Positions 1-14,244 are shown, counted from the stretch's first letter. The stretch: DNA of 64,000 nucleotides from Octopus vulgaris (GCA_951406725.2 OX597824.1:77190001-77254000), one strand, 5' to 3'. Translations and numbers: made by a program. Notes: a model not told the origin generated them from the letters alone.

Positions 1-21
1 GGACAGAAAAATATACATATA

Positions 22-186
22 TACGATAGGCTTCTTTCAGTTTCCATCTACCAAATCCACTCGCAAGGTTTTGGTCGGCCTGGTGCTATAGTAGAAGACA
101 GTTGCCCAAGGTGCCACACAGTGGGACTGAACCCAGAACCATGTATTTGGTAAGCAAGCTACTTACCACACAGCCACTCCTGCGCT
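22..186 (-). mobile_element. SINE family A (tRNA-headed), head region
   Basis: Reverse complement reads GCGCAGGAGTGGCTGTGTGGTAAG...GGTTCAGTCCCACT (A/B-box-like); same sequence recurs many times in the window. Confidence 0.85.
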
Positions 187-606
187 TATATATACATATA
201 TATATATACATACATACATATTCATGTGTGTGTTATGGCTCAAAACCCTGCAAACAAGGACAGAAAAATAGTATTAAATCTATATTACAGAGTTTTAACC
301 TTTTTAGTGTAACCCAAAAACTTTATTGTTGTTCCAAATTATATCTTTTGTTCAGGAGTGTATGTGTATGTACATTGGCAACTGGAGCATTAAGTTCACT
401 TGTTTAATTACTACCAAGTTTACTTGTGTAATTATCAATACTAATTATACACAAGCTACACCTACTTCCTTAATAAGTGAGTCATTATCACTAATATTTT
501 CTGATTTAAAATCGTGAAAAACCACATGACATACATGCTTGTAGTTGTATATATATAACAAAGAAATTATACAATAGAAGTAACTCTAGAGTATACACAT
601 TAACAC

Positions 607-811
607 ATTTACTTGTTTCAGTCATTTGACTGCGGCCATGCTGGAGCACTGCTTTTATTCGAGCAAATCGACCCCAGGACTTATTCTTTGTAAGCCTACT
701 TATTCTATCGGTCTCTTTTGCACAACCGCTATGTTACAGGGATGTAGACACACCAGTATCGGTTGTCAAGCGATGTTGGGGGACAAACACAGAAGACAAA
801 CACGAACACAT

Positions 812-882
<71 letters not shown>

Positions 883-1053
883 TACATATATACGATGGGC
901 TTCTTTCAGTTTCCGTCTACAAAATCCACTCACAAGGCTTTGGTCGGCCCAGTGCTATAGTAGAAGACACTTGCCCAAGGTGCTACATAGTGGGACTGAA
1001 CCCAGAACCATGTAGTTGGTAATCAAGCTACTTACCACACAGCCACTCCAGCA
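607..1053 (-). mobile_element. SINE family A, near full length with internal (CA)n/(TA)n microsatellite
   Basis: Head at 895-1053, microsatellite 810-890, tail (CCAGCATGGCCGCAGTCAAATGACTGAAACAAGTAAA on minus) at 607-650. Confidence 0.88.
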
Positions 1054-1100
<47 letters not shown>

Positions 1101-2217
1101 CACAATTATATGTGTATAAATAATAAAGTACTTATCATAACTAAAGTGTATGGAACAGTTATGTAGAGTGTATGTATGTGTGTATGGGTGTGTCTTTGTA
1201 TGTGGTATACGTATTGCATGTTTGCATGCATAAGTATGTTCATGTGGCTTTCTGCATTGTGTCGTACTGTAACCAATTCAACCTAACATACCAAGTTAGG
1301 AAAACTGGCATCAAAACAACAGGAATGGCAAAGACCTCATCAGCAACAAGAATTATAAACAAGGAGTAGAATATATATATATATATCCATTGCCTGAAGG
1401 GTGTATTTTATATTTTACAGTTGATTTATTTATTGATAAGCATATCTGAGCTCTAGCATACATGCAGATCACCTTCTAGGTAATATACTAGCTAAAAGAC
1501 ATCACTCTCTCTCTCTCTCTCTTTCTCTCTCTTTGTTAGCATATGTGTTCATGCTTTCTTATTTTCATCATTTATGCTTTACTCCGCATCTTCTTCAATC
1601 ATCTCAAATGCTTACTGAGTCGTAGAACTGAAAGAGCCAATCAGAGCTTCCCTTACATTAAGCATTAAGTTAACAGGAAATATATATATCGCTGTTGCTG
1701 TGACATAACCCGAAGTCAGATCTGATTGAGCAAACTTAATGACGTGCAGATAATCAGCTGAATGAGTATATAAGGTTCAATGCCCTGGTGTTCTACTCTG
1801 GCAGATCTATCACCGTAGGGTCCCAACCATGATCATCCCATCTTATTTTCAGAAAATATGTTTGGAACTATATTATACAATGTATAATTTTTAAAAATTC
1901 TACGGGACAAGGTTTTTGGTTTAAATAAAATATAGGATCAGGATCTGGGGTTTAACATAATATAGAGTCAGAGGTAATTGAAATACAGTGTTGGCTGTAA
2001 ATGTAAGGTACTTATATATGTGTGACTCATTGCTGGACTCAAGAAGACCTATCCACCATAACAGAATTGAGAACCTAGAACCTAAAGTCATATAAAAAGC
2101 ATTGATGGGGGTGCTGTTGCCACATAAAAAGCCTTTGTGTTGGGGCTGGTGCCATGTAGAACCACTTGTGCTGCTCCCACATAAAAGGCATTGGTGATGG
2201 TGTCACAGAAAAAGCAC

Positions 2218-2449
2218 TATTTCTTTATTACCCACAAGGGGCTAAACATAGAGGGGACAAACAAGGACAGACATAGGTATTAAGTCGATTACATCGACCC
2301 CAGTGCATAGCTGGTACTTAATTTATCGACCCCGAAATGATGAAAGGTAAAGTCGACCTCGGCGGAATTTGAACTCACAACGTAATGGCAGACGAAATAC
2401 CGCTAAGCATTTCGCCCGACGTGCTAACGTTTCTGCCAGCTCCCCACCT
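2218..2449 (-). mobile_element. SINE family B (tRNA-like head, central CCTTTCATC..TTCGGGGTCGATAAA motif, possibly Meta/MESC-type) with target-site duplication
   Basis: Multi-copy in window; flanked by direct repeat AGAAAAAGCAC at 2207-2217 and 2450-2460. Superfamily label is from memory. Confidence 0.85.
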
Positions 2450-2944
2450 AGAAAAAGCACTAGTGTCAGTGCCACGTAAAAAGCACCCAGTACATTCTGT
2501 AAATCAGTTGGGATTAGGAAGGGCATCCAACTGTAGAAACCAAAACAAGACAGACTATGGAACCTGGTGTGACCCCTGGCTTTGCCAGTTCCTATCAAAC
2601 CATCTAACCCATGCCAACAGAGAAAACAGACATTAAATGCTGATGATGATAATGATGTCAGTAGTCAAATATATGGTCAGTGGTTAGTTAGTACAAGATT
2701 TATACTTAGTATTATATAAGCTCAATGGTAAGGGACTATAGTGTTGTTAGTTTTTGTTGTTGTTTAACCTTAGGTTAGAGTATAATGTGAGGGATATTTT
2801 TGCTACTGTTTTTAGTGAGTTATGCAATCAAGGAAGGAATCATTCATTAGTTCATTTAGACCTGGAATGTAATTTGGTGTTGATGAACAAGAGAGGAGGA
2901 CAAATGACTGAAAAAAGTAAAAGAATAAAAGAATATACAGATAC

Positions 2945-2984
<40 letters not shown>

Positions 2985-3182
2985 GTGACCTCGTGAGTAC
3001 TGCTGGCGATTTTTTTCCTCTGTCTTCCCTTCTTGGGATCTTTCCTTCTCCTATGTTTCCGACGAAGAGCTCCACTCGAAACGTTAAACCCTCCTTCTTC
3101 CTTTCTTTCCTGAGCGTCCAATAATACTTTATTTGTTCCACATCGTCGCGTTGTTGTGTTTTTTGTGTTTTCTTGTTTGGAT

Positions 3183-3187
<5 letters not shown>
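2985..3187 (+). mobile_element. Penelope-like terminal-repeat (pLTR) fragment in (TA)n
   Basis: Bounded by (TA)n, contains a hammerhead motif, and shares the downstream CTGAGC...TAATA block with 57183-57345 and 63020-63225. Confidence 0.7.
3055..3089 (+). ncRNA. Minimal type-I hammerhead ribozyme motif (U4C variant)
   Basis: GTTT-CCGACGA-A-GAG-CTCCA-CTC-GAAA-CG-TT-AAAC: stem I GTTT/AAAC, stem II GAG/CTC, palindromic AACGTT replacing stem III. Confidence 0.65.
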
Positions 3188-3229
<42 letters not shown>

Positions 3230-3322
3230 TAATATCAGGGTAATAAAGATTGTAGAAATTTTTACTACCAGTGGCCTAGCATATAGAAAGATTAGTCAAT
3301 AGATTATATATTATTCATATAA

Positions 3323-3406
3323 AATACAGTGTACATTTAAACACATTAAGAGGTATCCATCAGAGTCCTATGATGGATACTTCTTAATGTGTTTAAATGT
3401 ACACTG

Positions 3407-3410
<4 letters not shown>
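3323..3410. repeat. Foldback inverted repeat, 40-bp arms, 8-nt loop, in a segment between (TA)n tracts
   Basis: 3323-3362 is the reverse complement of 3371-3410 with one mismatch. Confidence 0.95.
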
Positions 3411-3466
<56 letters not shown>

Positions 3467-3616
3467 GAATAAGCAGATAAATAGAAAAATATATCTAAAA
3501 TGGTTAAAATAAAACAAAATTTGTGTACTAGTTTAAAGCATGGTGATGCTAAAATAGATGCAAGATGAGAAATGTCGCAGAATTCATTAACCAATAAATT
3601 ATTCAAAAATGTGTAT

Positions 3617-3658
<42 letters not shown>

Positions 3659-3711
3659 GTATGTGTGTGTATGCACACACACATATATGATAGACAGATA
3701 GACAGATAGAC

Positions 3712-3782
<71 letters not shown>

Positions 3783-3799
3783 CAGATAGACAGATAGAC

Positions 3800-3842
<43 letters not shown>

Positions 3843-3993
3843 CAGATAGATAGATAGATAGATAGATAGGGAGAGCGAGAGAGATAAATATAGATAAATA
3901 GATAGATAGATTGATAGATAGATAGAGAGAGAGAGGGAGAGAGAGAGATAGAGAGATAAATATAGATAAATAGATAGATAGACTGATAGACAC

Positions 3994-4026
<33 letters not shown>

Positions 4027-4050
4027 TAGATAGATAGATAGATAGATAGA
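3410..4050. repeat. Compound microsatellites (TA)n, (GT)n, (GATA)n/(GACA)n
   Basis: Directly visible simple repeats. Confidence 0.97.
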
Positions 4051-4148
4051 GGTATGTGTGTTTGTGTAGGCATGTGTATATATTTTTACATGCAGAGGAA
4101 TGTATGTGTGTCCACCATATTCTCTTGTTAACCCACTCTCACATATTT

Positions 4149-4185
<37 letters not shown>

Positions 4186-4974
4186 TCTTGATTTCTTTTT
4201 CTCTATGTCTTTTATATCTCTAATCTGTCTGTCTCAAGTACCATCAATCATTATTTCTCTCTCCCTCACTCTCGTTTTCCTTTCGTGTTTGTGTTTGTAC
4301 TTTGGCTCTCTTTTTGTCTCACCCCATCTCAATCTTGTGAACCAATTCACCCTTTCAGTTTTTGTTATCTCTACATTTTTTCACTTATTCTATTTCTTCT
4401 GCTTATATACATACAGACACACAAGTACGCATGCACGCATACACACACAAACACACACACATGCATGCTTACATATATACATATATACATACCTACACAA
4501 ACACACATACATACATATATACACACATACATAAATATATGTGTGTGTGTATATATACACACGCAAGCACATATATGCTTATATACATTGCTATACATAG
4601 ACATGTATGTACTACACAGCGTAGTAGGGTCAGTTGGGCACCACCTTGAGAAAAACAGCTGTTGTTATATTTCTGCTGCTTTATAAAAAAAGCATATTAC
4701 TCTACCTTTGGTATTTGAGTACTCTTTTTTCAACCTTGTTTCACATTTATGTGCTTACTCTGGTATATAATATATATATATATATATATATACAGCAGTG
4801 AATTTTTTTATGCTATTTCTGCTCTTTAAAAGTTTGGAAGTTAAAACCAAATTCTAGAGCAATATTGTTTTTAACATATTTACATAATTACAGTACCGTT
4901 CAACAGCACAACTGATCTTAATATTACTATCACTATCACCATCATCATTATCATCCTCATCACCATTATCATTA

Positions 4975-5188
<214 letters not shown>

Positions 5189-5837
5189 AATTTGGTGGGT
5201 GGCACAGTGTGAAAATGTGTTTTCACTGAACTGATTTAGTAATGAAGGCCAAGGCTGTAATAAATAGGCTTCAAGTTCCGGCCGGAACCATTTAAAATGC
5301 TTCAGTATAGATATGAATGCCTTTTACAAAAGACATTGGCTTAGCAAAATCACTGCAACCTTCAACTAAAGGCTAATGTTTTTTTGCAGCTGTTTGTGAC
5401 ATGTTATTATTAGTATTCCATTATGCACTTTGGTTGGATTAGCGCTTAACTGTGTCTGTCTTTTTCGCTATCATTATCTTTTATCTTTTTACTTGTTTCA
5501 GTCATTGCACTGTGGCCATGCTGGGGCACTGCCTTGAGAGGTTTCATCAGACAAATTGATTACAATATTTGGTCTTCTTTTTAAAACCGGGTGCTTTTCT
5601 ATTGATCTCTTAGGCTGAACTGCTAAGTCATGGGGATGTAAACAAACCAGTGCCAGTTGTCGAGCAGTCCTCCTCCTCCTCCTCATCATCATCATCACCA
5701 TAATCATCATCATTCTTAGTGCTTGGGCAAAAAACTCAGTCTAAGCTCTAAAACTGAGACATCGTCAGGTGAAAGTTTTAGTTTAGATATAAATCTATGA
5801 AGTGAATTCCGTCAGAAATCATAACAGAAATGTTATG

Positions 5838-6215
5838 GTTTATACAGAAGGTGGAACATGTAAAGATTCCCATTTGGTGTACGCTGCAGAATGCACGAAA
5901 CACAACTTAATTTATGTTGGTTGCATAACAGAACAATTAAACAAACAGAACAATTAAAAAAATTGGCACAGATTTGACATCAGGCACAATAACAGTAGTT
6001 TGATAGAAGTTGCTGAACATTTCGTTTCAAGTGGCTGCAATTTTGAAGAAGACTTGAAAATGCATATTCTTGGAAAATATTCTGAATCTGCTTCACTTTC
6101 ATTTCTCAGATTGTATGAGGAGAAAGTATGTTTGCGGGTTATTAACATCACGCCCTGGAGGAATGAATAAGATGACAGGAGAATATCATCAAATTTATGC
6201 AAAACTGTTTGATGA
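5838..6215 (+). pseudogene. Decayed GIY-YIG endonuclease domain of a Penelope-like element
   Basis: Hand translation across frameshifts: TCKDSHLVYAAECTKHNLIYVGCITEQL...HRFDIRHNNSSLIEVAEHF...DLKMHIL...PGGMNK, matching the VY-x-C..YVG..HR..HF..PxGxN layout of PLE endonucleases. Confidence 0.8.
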
Positions 6216-6403
6216 AATATTCTTCTTTCTCTCTTTTTCTTTCCTTTTCTTCTGTCATCTTTTTCTTTTTCTGTTTTGTTTGTTTTTCTTTTCACCTATT
6301 ATAAAATTGTAACTTAAATTCAAGATCATTTTGATTACCAAAGGTATGAGCTGTCTCCCATCTGTTGTTCTCTAGTCTTACTGGCACAAACTGAGAATAG
6401 CTC

Positions 6404-6404
<1 letters not shown>

Positions 6405-6434
<30 letters not shown>

Positions 6435-6435
6435 G

Positions 6436-6493
<58 letters not shown>

Positions 6494-6495
6494 TG

Positions 6496-6556
<61 letters not shown>

Positions 6557-6557
6557 C

Positions 6558-6599
<42 letters not shown>

Positions 6600-6927
6600 C
6601 CTTTCTTCTATAGGTACAAGGCCTGAAATTCGGTGGGTGGGGAAAAGTTGATTACATTGACATCAGTATTCAGCAAGTAATTATTTTATTGTCCCCAAAG
6701 GGATGAAAGGCAAAGTCTGCCTCAGCAGAATCTGAACTCAGACAAAATACCGCTAATCCCAAAGGATTCAGCAAGCTCGCCACCTTAAAGATAATAATAA
6801 TAATAATAATAATGATGAGCATCACAACAAACCACAGCACATACCCAAAGCACACAGAGCTGTGCTCGGTAGTGCAGTGAAAGTACATGATAAAAATAAG
6901 ACTACTGAATAATAATGATAATAACAG

Positions 6928-6984
<57 letters not shown>

Positions 6985-7005
6985 TAATAATAATAATAAC
7001 AACAA
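6405..7005. repeat. (TAA)n arrays hosting a SINE B copy (about 6600-6787, minus) and a short (AAT)n-tailed retroposon 3' end (about 6816-6910)
   Basis: Simple repeats visible; SINE B motif GGGATGAAAGGCAAAGTC present. Confidence 0.8.
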
Positions 7006-7175
7006 CAAAAGTAACACTAGAAATAACAAAAGGAAACCCTACAGCGGTGCAAAGTGATTGTAGCATAGAAACACAATCTTACACACCCCAAAGGAGAAAG
7101 TCTGTTACACACATCAGTACCTCAAGAATGTAGATGTGCACCTGTTGGTGCGTTGGAAGTTCTCATGAAACTGTT

Positions 7176-7206
<31 letters not shown>

Positions 7207-7239
7207 CGTGCACATGTGATGACAACAAAGATAAAAATA

Positions 7240-7768
7240 CAATGATGAAGGCCATGGTAGCCGTGATGATGATGATGATGACAATGAAGATAGTAATGAT
7301 GATGACAACTAAGATGATGATGGGGTTTGTCATAATGATGATGATGATGATGATGATGACAACTGAGATGGTGACGGGGTTTGTCATAATGATGATGATG
7401 ATGATGATGATAGCTAAGATGATGACGGGTTTGTCATAATTATGATGATGATGATGACGATGACATGGTTACTGATGATGATGATGGGGAGAAGGAGGAG
7501 GAAGAGGAGGAGAATGAAATGACAGTGTTAGTGAAAATGACAGGGTTAATGATGATGTTGTTGTTAATGTTGACAGTGACGATGATGATGATGATGCTAC
7601 TGACACTTCTGCTACTCATGATGAGGATGACGATGACAACAATGAACATGATGACAACGAGTTAATGATAATGATGATGATGATGATGTGGTAGTGATCA
7701 TGATGAATTAATGGCGATGATGATGATGTTGATGATGATGACATTGATGGTGATGATGGTGATGATGG

Positions 7769-7816
<48 letters not shown>

Positions 7817-7955
7817 CAGTGATGATAATAACGATGATGGGGTTAATGGTGGTGATGATGATAATGATGATGATGGAGAAAGGACAACAATGACGATGAT
7901 GTTGATGATGAAAGAATTATGATTATGATGATAAAGACAACGATGATGATGATAA
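7240..7955. repeat. Long degenerate (GAT)n array
   Basis: Directly visible; source of the poly-M/D/H/S ORFs. Confidence 0.97.
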
Positions 7956-8285
7956 TGCAGATTTTTAATAATAACCTTTGAATCATTTCTCTCTTCTGGC
8001 AACAACATAAAAAAATATTTCATATCAAGCTAAGTTAATTTTCAGTAGAATTTTTTAAAAAATTCCAAATAATTACAAGCTTTATAATTTTTTGTTATTA
8101 CATTTATTGTTGTTATTGTCGTTGCGATTGTTATTGTTGTTGTTGTCAAACTTTAAGGTAATACATATGTAAATAACATTTCTCTGCTGCTAACTTCCCG
8201 CATGGAATTTAATATAAATTTAATATACGTTTTCATTTCAATTTTAACAAATTTGATATCAAGTATGGTTTTTGTTTTTTTATAA

Positions 8286-8333
<48 letters not shown>

Positions 8334-8491
8334 GTATGCACACATATATACACACACACACATGTATACATACAGACCTAATAGATAATCTAATATACTT
8401 ATATAATGTAATCTAATTTACATGCAAGGATATGCACACAAAATTCACTTAAGGAATTCAAATATCAAAATAAATATCAATTTAGCCTCCG

Positions 8492-8538
<47 letters not shown>

Positions 8539-8547
8539 TGATATATG

Positions 8548-8578
<31 letters not shown>

Positions 8579-8899
8579 GTGTATATATACATATATACAA
8601 AAGTAAATAAAGTGCATGTGTGTATCTATTTGGTAGAACAACCAGAAGGAAAGTGAACTCAATACAACATCACCATCTTCATTTAATGACCATTTTCCAT
8701 TCTGGCATGCATTGGATGGTTTGACCAGAGCTGGCAAACTGAAGAGCTGCACCAGGTTCCAGTCTGGTTTAATCATGGTTTCTATGGCTAAATGCCCTTC
8801 CTAATGTCAACCATTTTACCAGGTGCTTTTGCATGGCACGACATGAGCACTATTTTATGGGACCAGCATGAGGGCTTTTACATTACACCAATTGCAGGA

Positions 8900-9382
8900 T
8901 TCTTATTTCTTTATTGCCCACAAGGGGCTAAACATAGAGGAGAGAAACAAAGACAGACAAAAGTATTATGTCGATTACATTGATCCCAGTGTGTAACTGG
9001 TACTTAATTTATTGACCCCGAAATGATGAAAGGCAAAGTCGACCTCGGCGGAATTTGATCTCAGAACGTAATGGTAGACAAAATACCTATATCTTTATTA
9101 TCCACAAGGGGCTAAACACAGAGGGGACAAACAAGGACAGACATAGGTATTAAGTCGATTACATCGACCCCAGTGCGTAACTGTTACTTAATTTATCGAC
9201 CCCGAAAGGATGAAAGGCAAAGTCGACCTCGGCGGAATGTGAACTCACAACGTAACACAGACGAAATACCGCTAAGCATTTCGCCCGGCGTGCTAATGTT
9301 TCTGCCAGCTTGCCGCCTTATCGACAAAATACCGCTAAGCATTTTACCTGACATGCTAACGATTCTGCCAGCTCACTGCCTT
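8900..9382 (-). mobile_element. SINE B nested in an older SINE B
   Basis: Inner copy 9088-9320 flanked by GACAAAATACC at 9077-9087 and 9323-9333; the host sequence resumes after the repeat. Confidence 0.88.
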
Positions 9383-10259
9383 CTCACCAACACAAGATTC
9401 TTGTAGGCCAATGCTCTTCATCTAGATGAGCAGCTTTGACACTTTTGCTGTGGAGTACAAGTATTCTTGAGTATAGCAAGGGGCCAGGTATCTTGATCCT
9501 TTGTTTCAGAGTCCTGAGGTTGTCCTTCAGTACTTTATCCCATATCTTCCAAGGTCTCACTCCTCTACTTTAAGTGAAAGAAAATTTCAATAGTGAATCT
9601 TAATATATAAATGTGTATATGAACACATTTGTATGTGTGTGTGTGCATGTGCAGGCATGCAAATATGCATACATATGTGTGTTTGCATTTCATTTTCTCA
9701 TAATCCTACTGTCTATTTAAAAAGCTGATCATTTGAGATTTCTAGTTTTCATGTGACTCTTTGAAAATAATTGCATTCCAGCAAGAATTGTGATATGCCA
9801 GCATCAAAAACAGACATTAAATGATGATGATGATTATATAAGAAACAATATTCATATCCCAAGATCCACTTTTCGAAATTTTTCCCAATTAAAGAATTTT
9901 AAAAAAAGCACAGGTGTGGCTCTGCAATGAGAATTTTGCTTCCTAAACCACAAAGTTCCAAGCTCAGTTCCACTGAATAGTATCATGGGCAAGTGTTTTC
10001 TGCAATAGCCCTAGGCCAACCAAAGCCTTGTGAGTAGATTTAGCTGGGGGTACCACTTTGAAATGTTTAATCAAACAATTCAATCCTAAGTGGGGTACTT
10101 ATTCTATTGGTCGCTTTTTGCTGAACCACTATGTTATGAGGACCTTATACCAGTTGTCAACTGGTAGGTTGGGAGACAAACACACACATAAATACACACA
10201 AAGACACATACATTTATATACACACAGCTAGTCATATATGAATATGTATATATATATAT

Positions 10260-10358
<99 letters not shown>

Positions 10359-10810
10359 TATCATCACCATTATATGTATCTATGTGTGTGCTTGTCATTG
10401 AGTTTCCCTATCCATTTCTTCTGACAGCTGGTGTAATGTCCTCATAACTTAGTGGTTCAGCAAAAGGGACTAACAGTACAAGTACCAGGCTTAAAAGGAG
10501 TAAGGTGCTGGGGTCAATTTATTTGAGTGAAACCCTTGAGATGAGTGCACCAGTATGGTAGCAATCCAATGATTGACGCAAGTAAAAGAATATATTCTCA
10601 TGTATTGAATTTTGTTGTTCTAGCAAAAGCACACACACACACACACACACACTCATACACACATACACACACATACACACACACAAAGAAACATACACAT
10701 AAATTTATATGTCCCTTTATTATGTTTGCACAAATGTATGGATATATGAGGGTGCATTGGAAAATATGTATGTAATTGTATTTCCATAGACATAACATGC
10801 ATACATGTAA

Positions 10811-10850
<40 letters not shown>

Positions 10851-10860
10851 ATTTTTTTTT

Positions 10861-10899
<39 letters not shown>

Positions 10900-10936
10900 C
10901 GATGATGATATAAATATATTTACATGTATACATGTA

Positions 10937-10970
<34 letters not shown>

Positions 10971-11694
10971 AAAACTCATAAACATGTATGTAAGTGTGTG
11001 TGTGTGTGTGTACATATACTTAGTACTGAAAGAAGAATTAATATAATTGTTGGAAACTGAAAACTTCCCAAATCATTAATCTGGATTTCTTGCGTCTGAT
11101 CTTTAGTTGATTGTAATCATTAAAATAGCGGATTCAAGTATATAATAAAGCAAGCAGATTATATTTGAGTCTCATTATAAATTTTGATTTGGGTACTGAA
11201 AAAAGAAACTTTTAGATTTAATTCATGGAAATAAAGTAGTTCCCATTTGGAAATATCACTGGGAGAAATGATTAGGAAGCTGGTGGAGTTTGAGGAAATT
11301 AAAATATAGATGTAGAAAAGGAAAACAGAAAGGTAACAAAAAGGTATATTGATAAGTTATTGCAAGGATTGCGTGTCTGTTATAAAATTGCATATTTAGG
11401 GATAAGCATTGGAATATATGTTTGTGAGGATGCAGGCAAAATATAAAATGAAATTGCATGAAGCATTCTGGTAGGGTAATAGAAAGCTAAAAATGATGGG
11501 TTTTTTTTTTTTTTAAGGGAAATTTTTCAATTATAAGAAGAAACATAACAATGATGGTTGCAAGATCAAACGGCTTCTATTATTACAAAAGGTTTTGGTA
11601 TTATCAACGTGGAGGTTGGGGGAGGCATGTCATGGAATGATAGGTACATAGGAGCATGTTGATAGATGTTCAGATCTTGTCTTCAAACTATCAG

Positions 11695-12447
11695 AGTTTT
11701 TTGGAGATGTTGACGAGATTCTTAAAGAAATCATGTGAACATTCAAACCAAAGAATTCTTGAGATGCCTTCATTCGACATAACATCTATGTTATTTGGGA
11801 CCATGAAGAAGTACAGGAAATAATAAAAGACTGGGGGAAAGTAAAATGGAATGACTGTGAGGACAGGGTAGGGGTAATGTATGTGGTAATTCCGGAAGAC
11901 CTTGTAAAGGGACTTGGGGAAGAATGTGCAAGGGAAAACTATAAACTGGTTAGATATAAAATTGAAGAGGAAAGATTGTCTGAAATGGAAAGGAAATTTA
12001 ATTCTAAACTGGAGGACTATATGCATTTCATTCCAGTTTAAGAAGGAAGGACAGGTAAGAAAAATTAGGTGCAGGAGTGGCTGTGTGGTAAGCAGCTTGT
12101 TTAAACTGGAATAAAATGCATATAGTCCTCCAGTTTAAAATTAAATTTCCTTTCCATTTCAGACAATCTTTCCTCTTCAGTTTTATATCTAACCAGTTTA
12201 TAGTTTCTCCTTGCACATTCTTCCCCAAGTTCCTTTACAAGGTCTTCCAGAATTACCACATACATTACCCCTACCCTGTCCTCACAGTCATTCCATTTTA
12301 CTTTCCCCCAGTCTTTTATTATTTCCTGTACTTCTTCATGGTCCCAAATAACATAGATGTTATATCGAATGAAGGCATCTCAAGAATTCTTTGGTTTGAA
12401 CGTTCACATGATTTCTTTAAGAATCTCATCAACATCTCCAAAAAACT
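11695..12447. repeat. Long inverted duplication, 347-bp arms, 59-nt spacer
   Basis: 11695-12041 is the reverse complement of 12101-12447 (about ten mismatches by eye); the ORF track shows near-identical peptides on both strands. Confidence 0.96.
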
Positions 12448-12914
12448 AATCTAAATTCTAAATGGTTAAACTTTTCACTTAAAAGTGTTATTTCTGACTT
12501 ATTTCTAAAAAATATTCTGTGGTTTATAACGCTTGGGGATGAAATAGGGACATGTTGATCTAACAATGGAAAGATTGCTATTTCTAATGTATTATCGATG
12601 TTGTTTGATAGTGTTTGACCTTGTGCAATAAATCCTTTCTTAGTATGAATCCCTAAAGAGAGAACTAAGAGATTCGTCAACCAAAAGGGCCATGATTTCA
12701 GCTGATTTGCATCTCTTTCAGATTTACTGTAGCCAAAACAACACATGCTATTTCAGTCAGACTATTTATATATGATTTTAGTTAAGTTCGTACTTTAAAT
12801 GAGTTCATATGTCATAGGGGACTGTCCTGTCATCCATGAAAATCATTGCATTGATGAGATAAAAGAAAATAAAAAAAGATGTTTGGTTTAAAAATAACAC
12901 TTTTTTTTCCCCTT

Positions 12915-12947
12915 TCCCTGATGAAAGGCTTAGCTGGGAACATTAGG
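12915..12947 (+). ncRNA. Degenerate hammerhead-like motif
   Basis: CC-CTGATGA-AAGGC-TTA-GCT-G-GGAA-CA-TT-AGG; the GAAA box is mutated. Confidence 0.35.
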
Positions 12948-13467
12948 TTTCTTGTCTCCCCATGGCATAAGAAATTATCTAAATTTACCAACTTTAGAAA
13001 TAATTTTCACTGATGTAGACAACCACAAGTTTTGATGGACTCAATCATTTTTTTTATATATTTATATTTACATTTGCTGTTTATATATCAATCAATATCT
13101 AGAATTAACCAATGGCTGGTGTAAACTTAGCAATTAGAGAGCAGACAACGAGAGAGTATTAGATATTACACCATGAAGCATATGAATCAATTTTAGGAAT
13201 ATAACCCCCTACAGTAAATAAAAGATTGATATAAAAGATAATAGACACAACAGGTTGTAACCTCACGGATTAATTTAAAGTAAGGCTGAATATTCATCCT
13301 GGTATTGAATTAATATGAAAGAGAATAATTTCTTTCATAGATGCTTTGTGCTTCAGGTTGTACTCAGTGTAAAAGTGTATTTGTTAATCAATGCTAGCTT
13401 TATTACATACATCACAGTCTGTCCATCGTGGCATCAATACATCTATATCTATATATCTATCTATCTA

Positions 13468-13499
<32 letters not shown>

Positions 13500-13502
<3 letters not shown>

Positions 13503-13685
13503 GGTCCCGGGTTGATTCGGGGTTAACCACAGTAAATAAGGTACTCAATACATAGTAGAGTAAAATTAATTTATTATATAGAAGGAGCTTCTACAGGACT
13601 AGAACTGTTTCATTCAAGAGAAATCTTCAGGAAGAGCTAAGATTTCTCTTGAATGAAACAGTTCTAGTCTGTATCCTTCTATATA

Positions 13686-13691
<6 letters not shown>
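13500..13691 (-). mobile_element. PLE pLTR foldback in (TA)n with hammerhead-like motif
   Basis: 31-bp perfect arms 13597-13627/13639-13669 extending imperfectly to 13570-13691; minus strand reads CTGAAGA-T-TTC-TCTT-GAA-T-GAAA-CAGT-TC followed by AATAAA. Confidence 0.65.
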
Positions 13692-13724
<33 letters not shown>

Positions 13725-13754
13725 CATACATATATATATATATATAATATATGC

Positions 13755-13800
<46 letters not shown>

Positions 13801-14009
13801 TGATATATACATACATAATATATATATCATCATGATCATCATCATTTAGTATCTGTTGTTCATATTGGTGTGGGTTGGACGGCTTGACCAGGGCTGCCAA
13901 GAATCTGTTGTTTATGTGCTTTTTATGTGATACCTGTACAGGTGACAGTTACGTGACACTTGCATCATGCACCACTATGATTTCACTTGGCTTGACAGGT
14001 CTTCTCAAG

Positions 14010-14208
14010 TTGAACAAATCGACCCCAGGACTTATTTCTCTTGTTTTTAAGTATAATATTTATTCTATTGGTCTCTTTTGCCAATCTGCTAAGTTATAGG
14101 GTGTAGACAAACAACACCAGTTATTAAGCAGCAGTGGTGGGAAGACAAACAAGGATACAAAGACACACAGACATAGATATATATATACATACATACATAC
14201 ATACAAAC

Positions 14209-14244
<36 letters not shown>

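Noticed and set aside
11691-12454. Twin ORFs on opposite strands as a gene pair
   Set aside because: They are antisense by-products of the inverted duplication; the more protein-like frame is on the other strand and is interrupted by stops.
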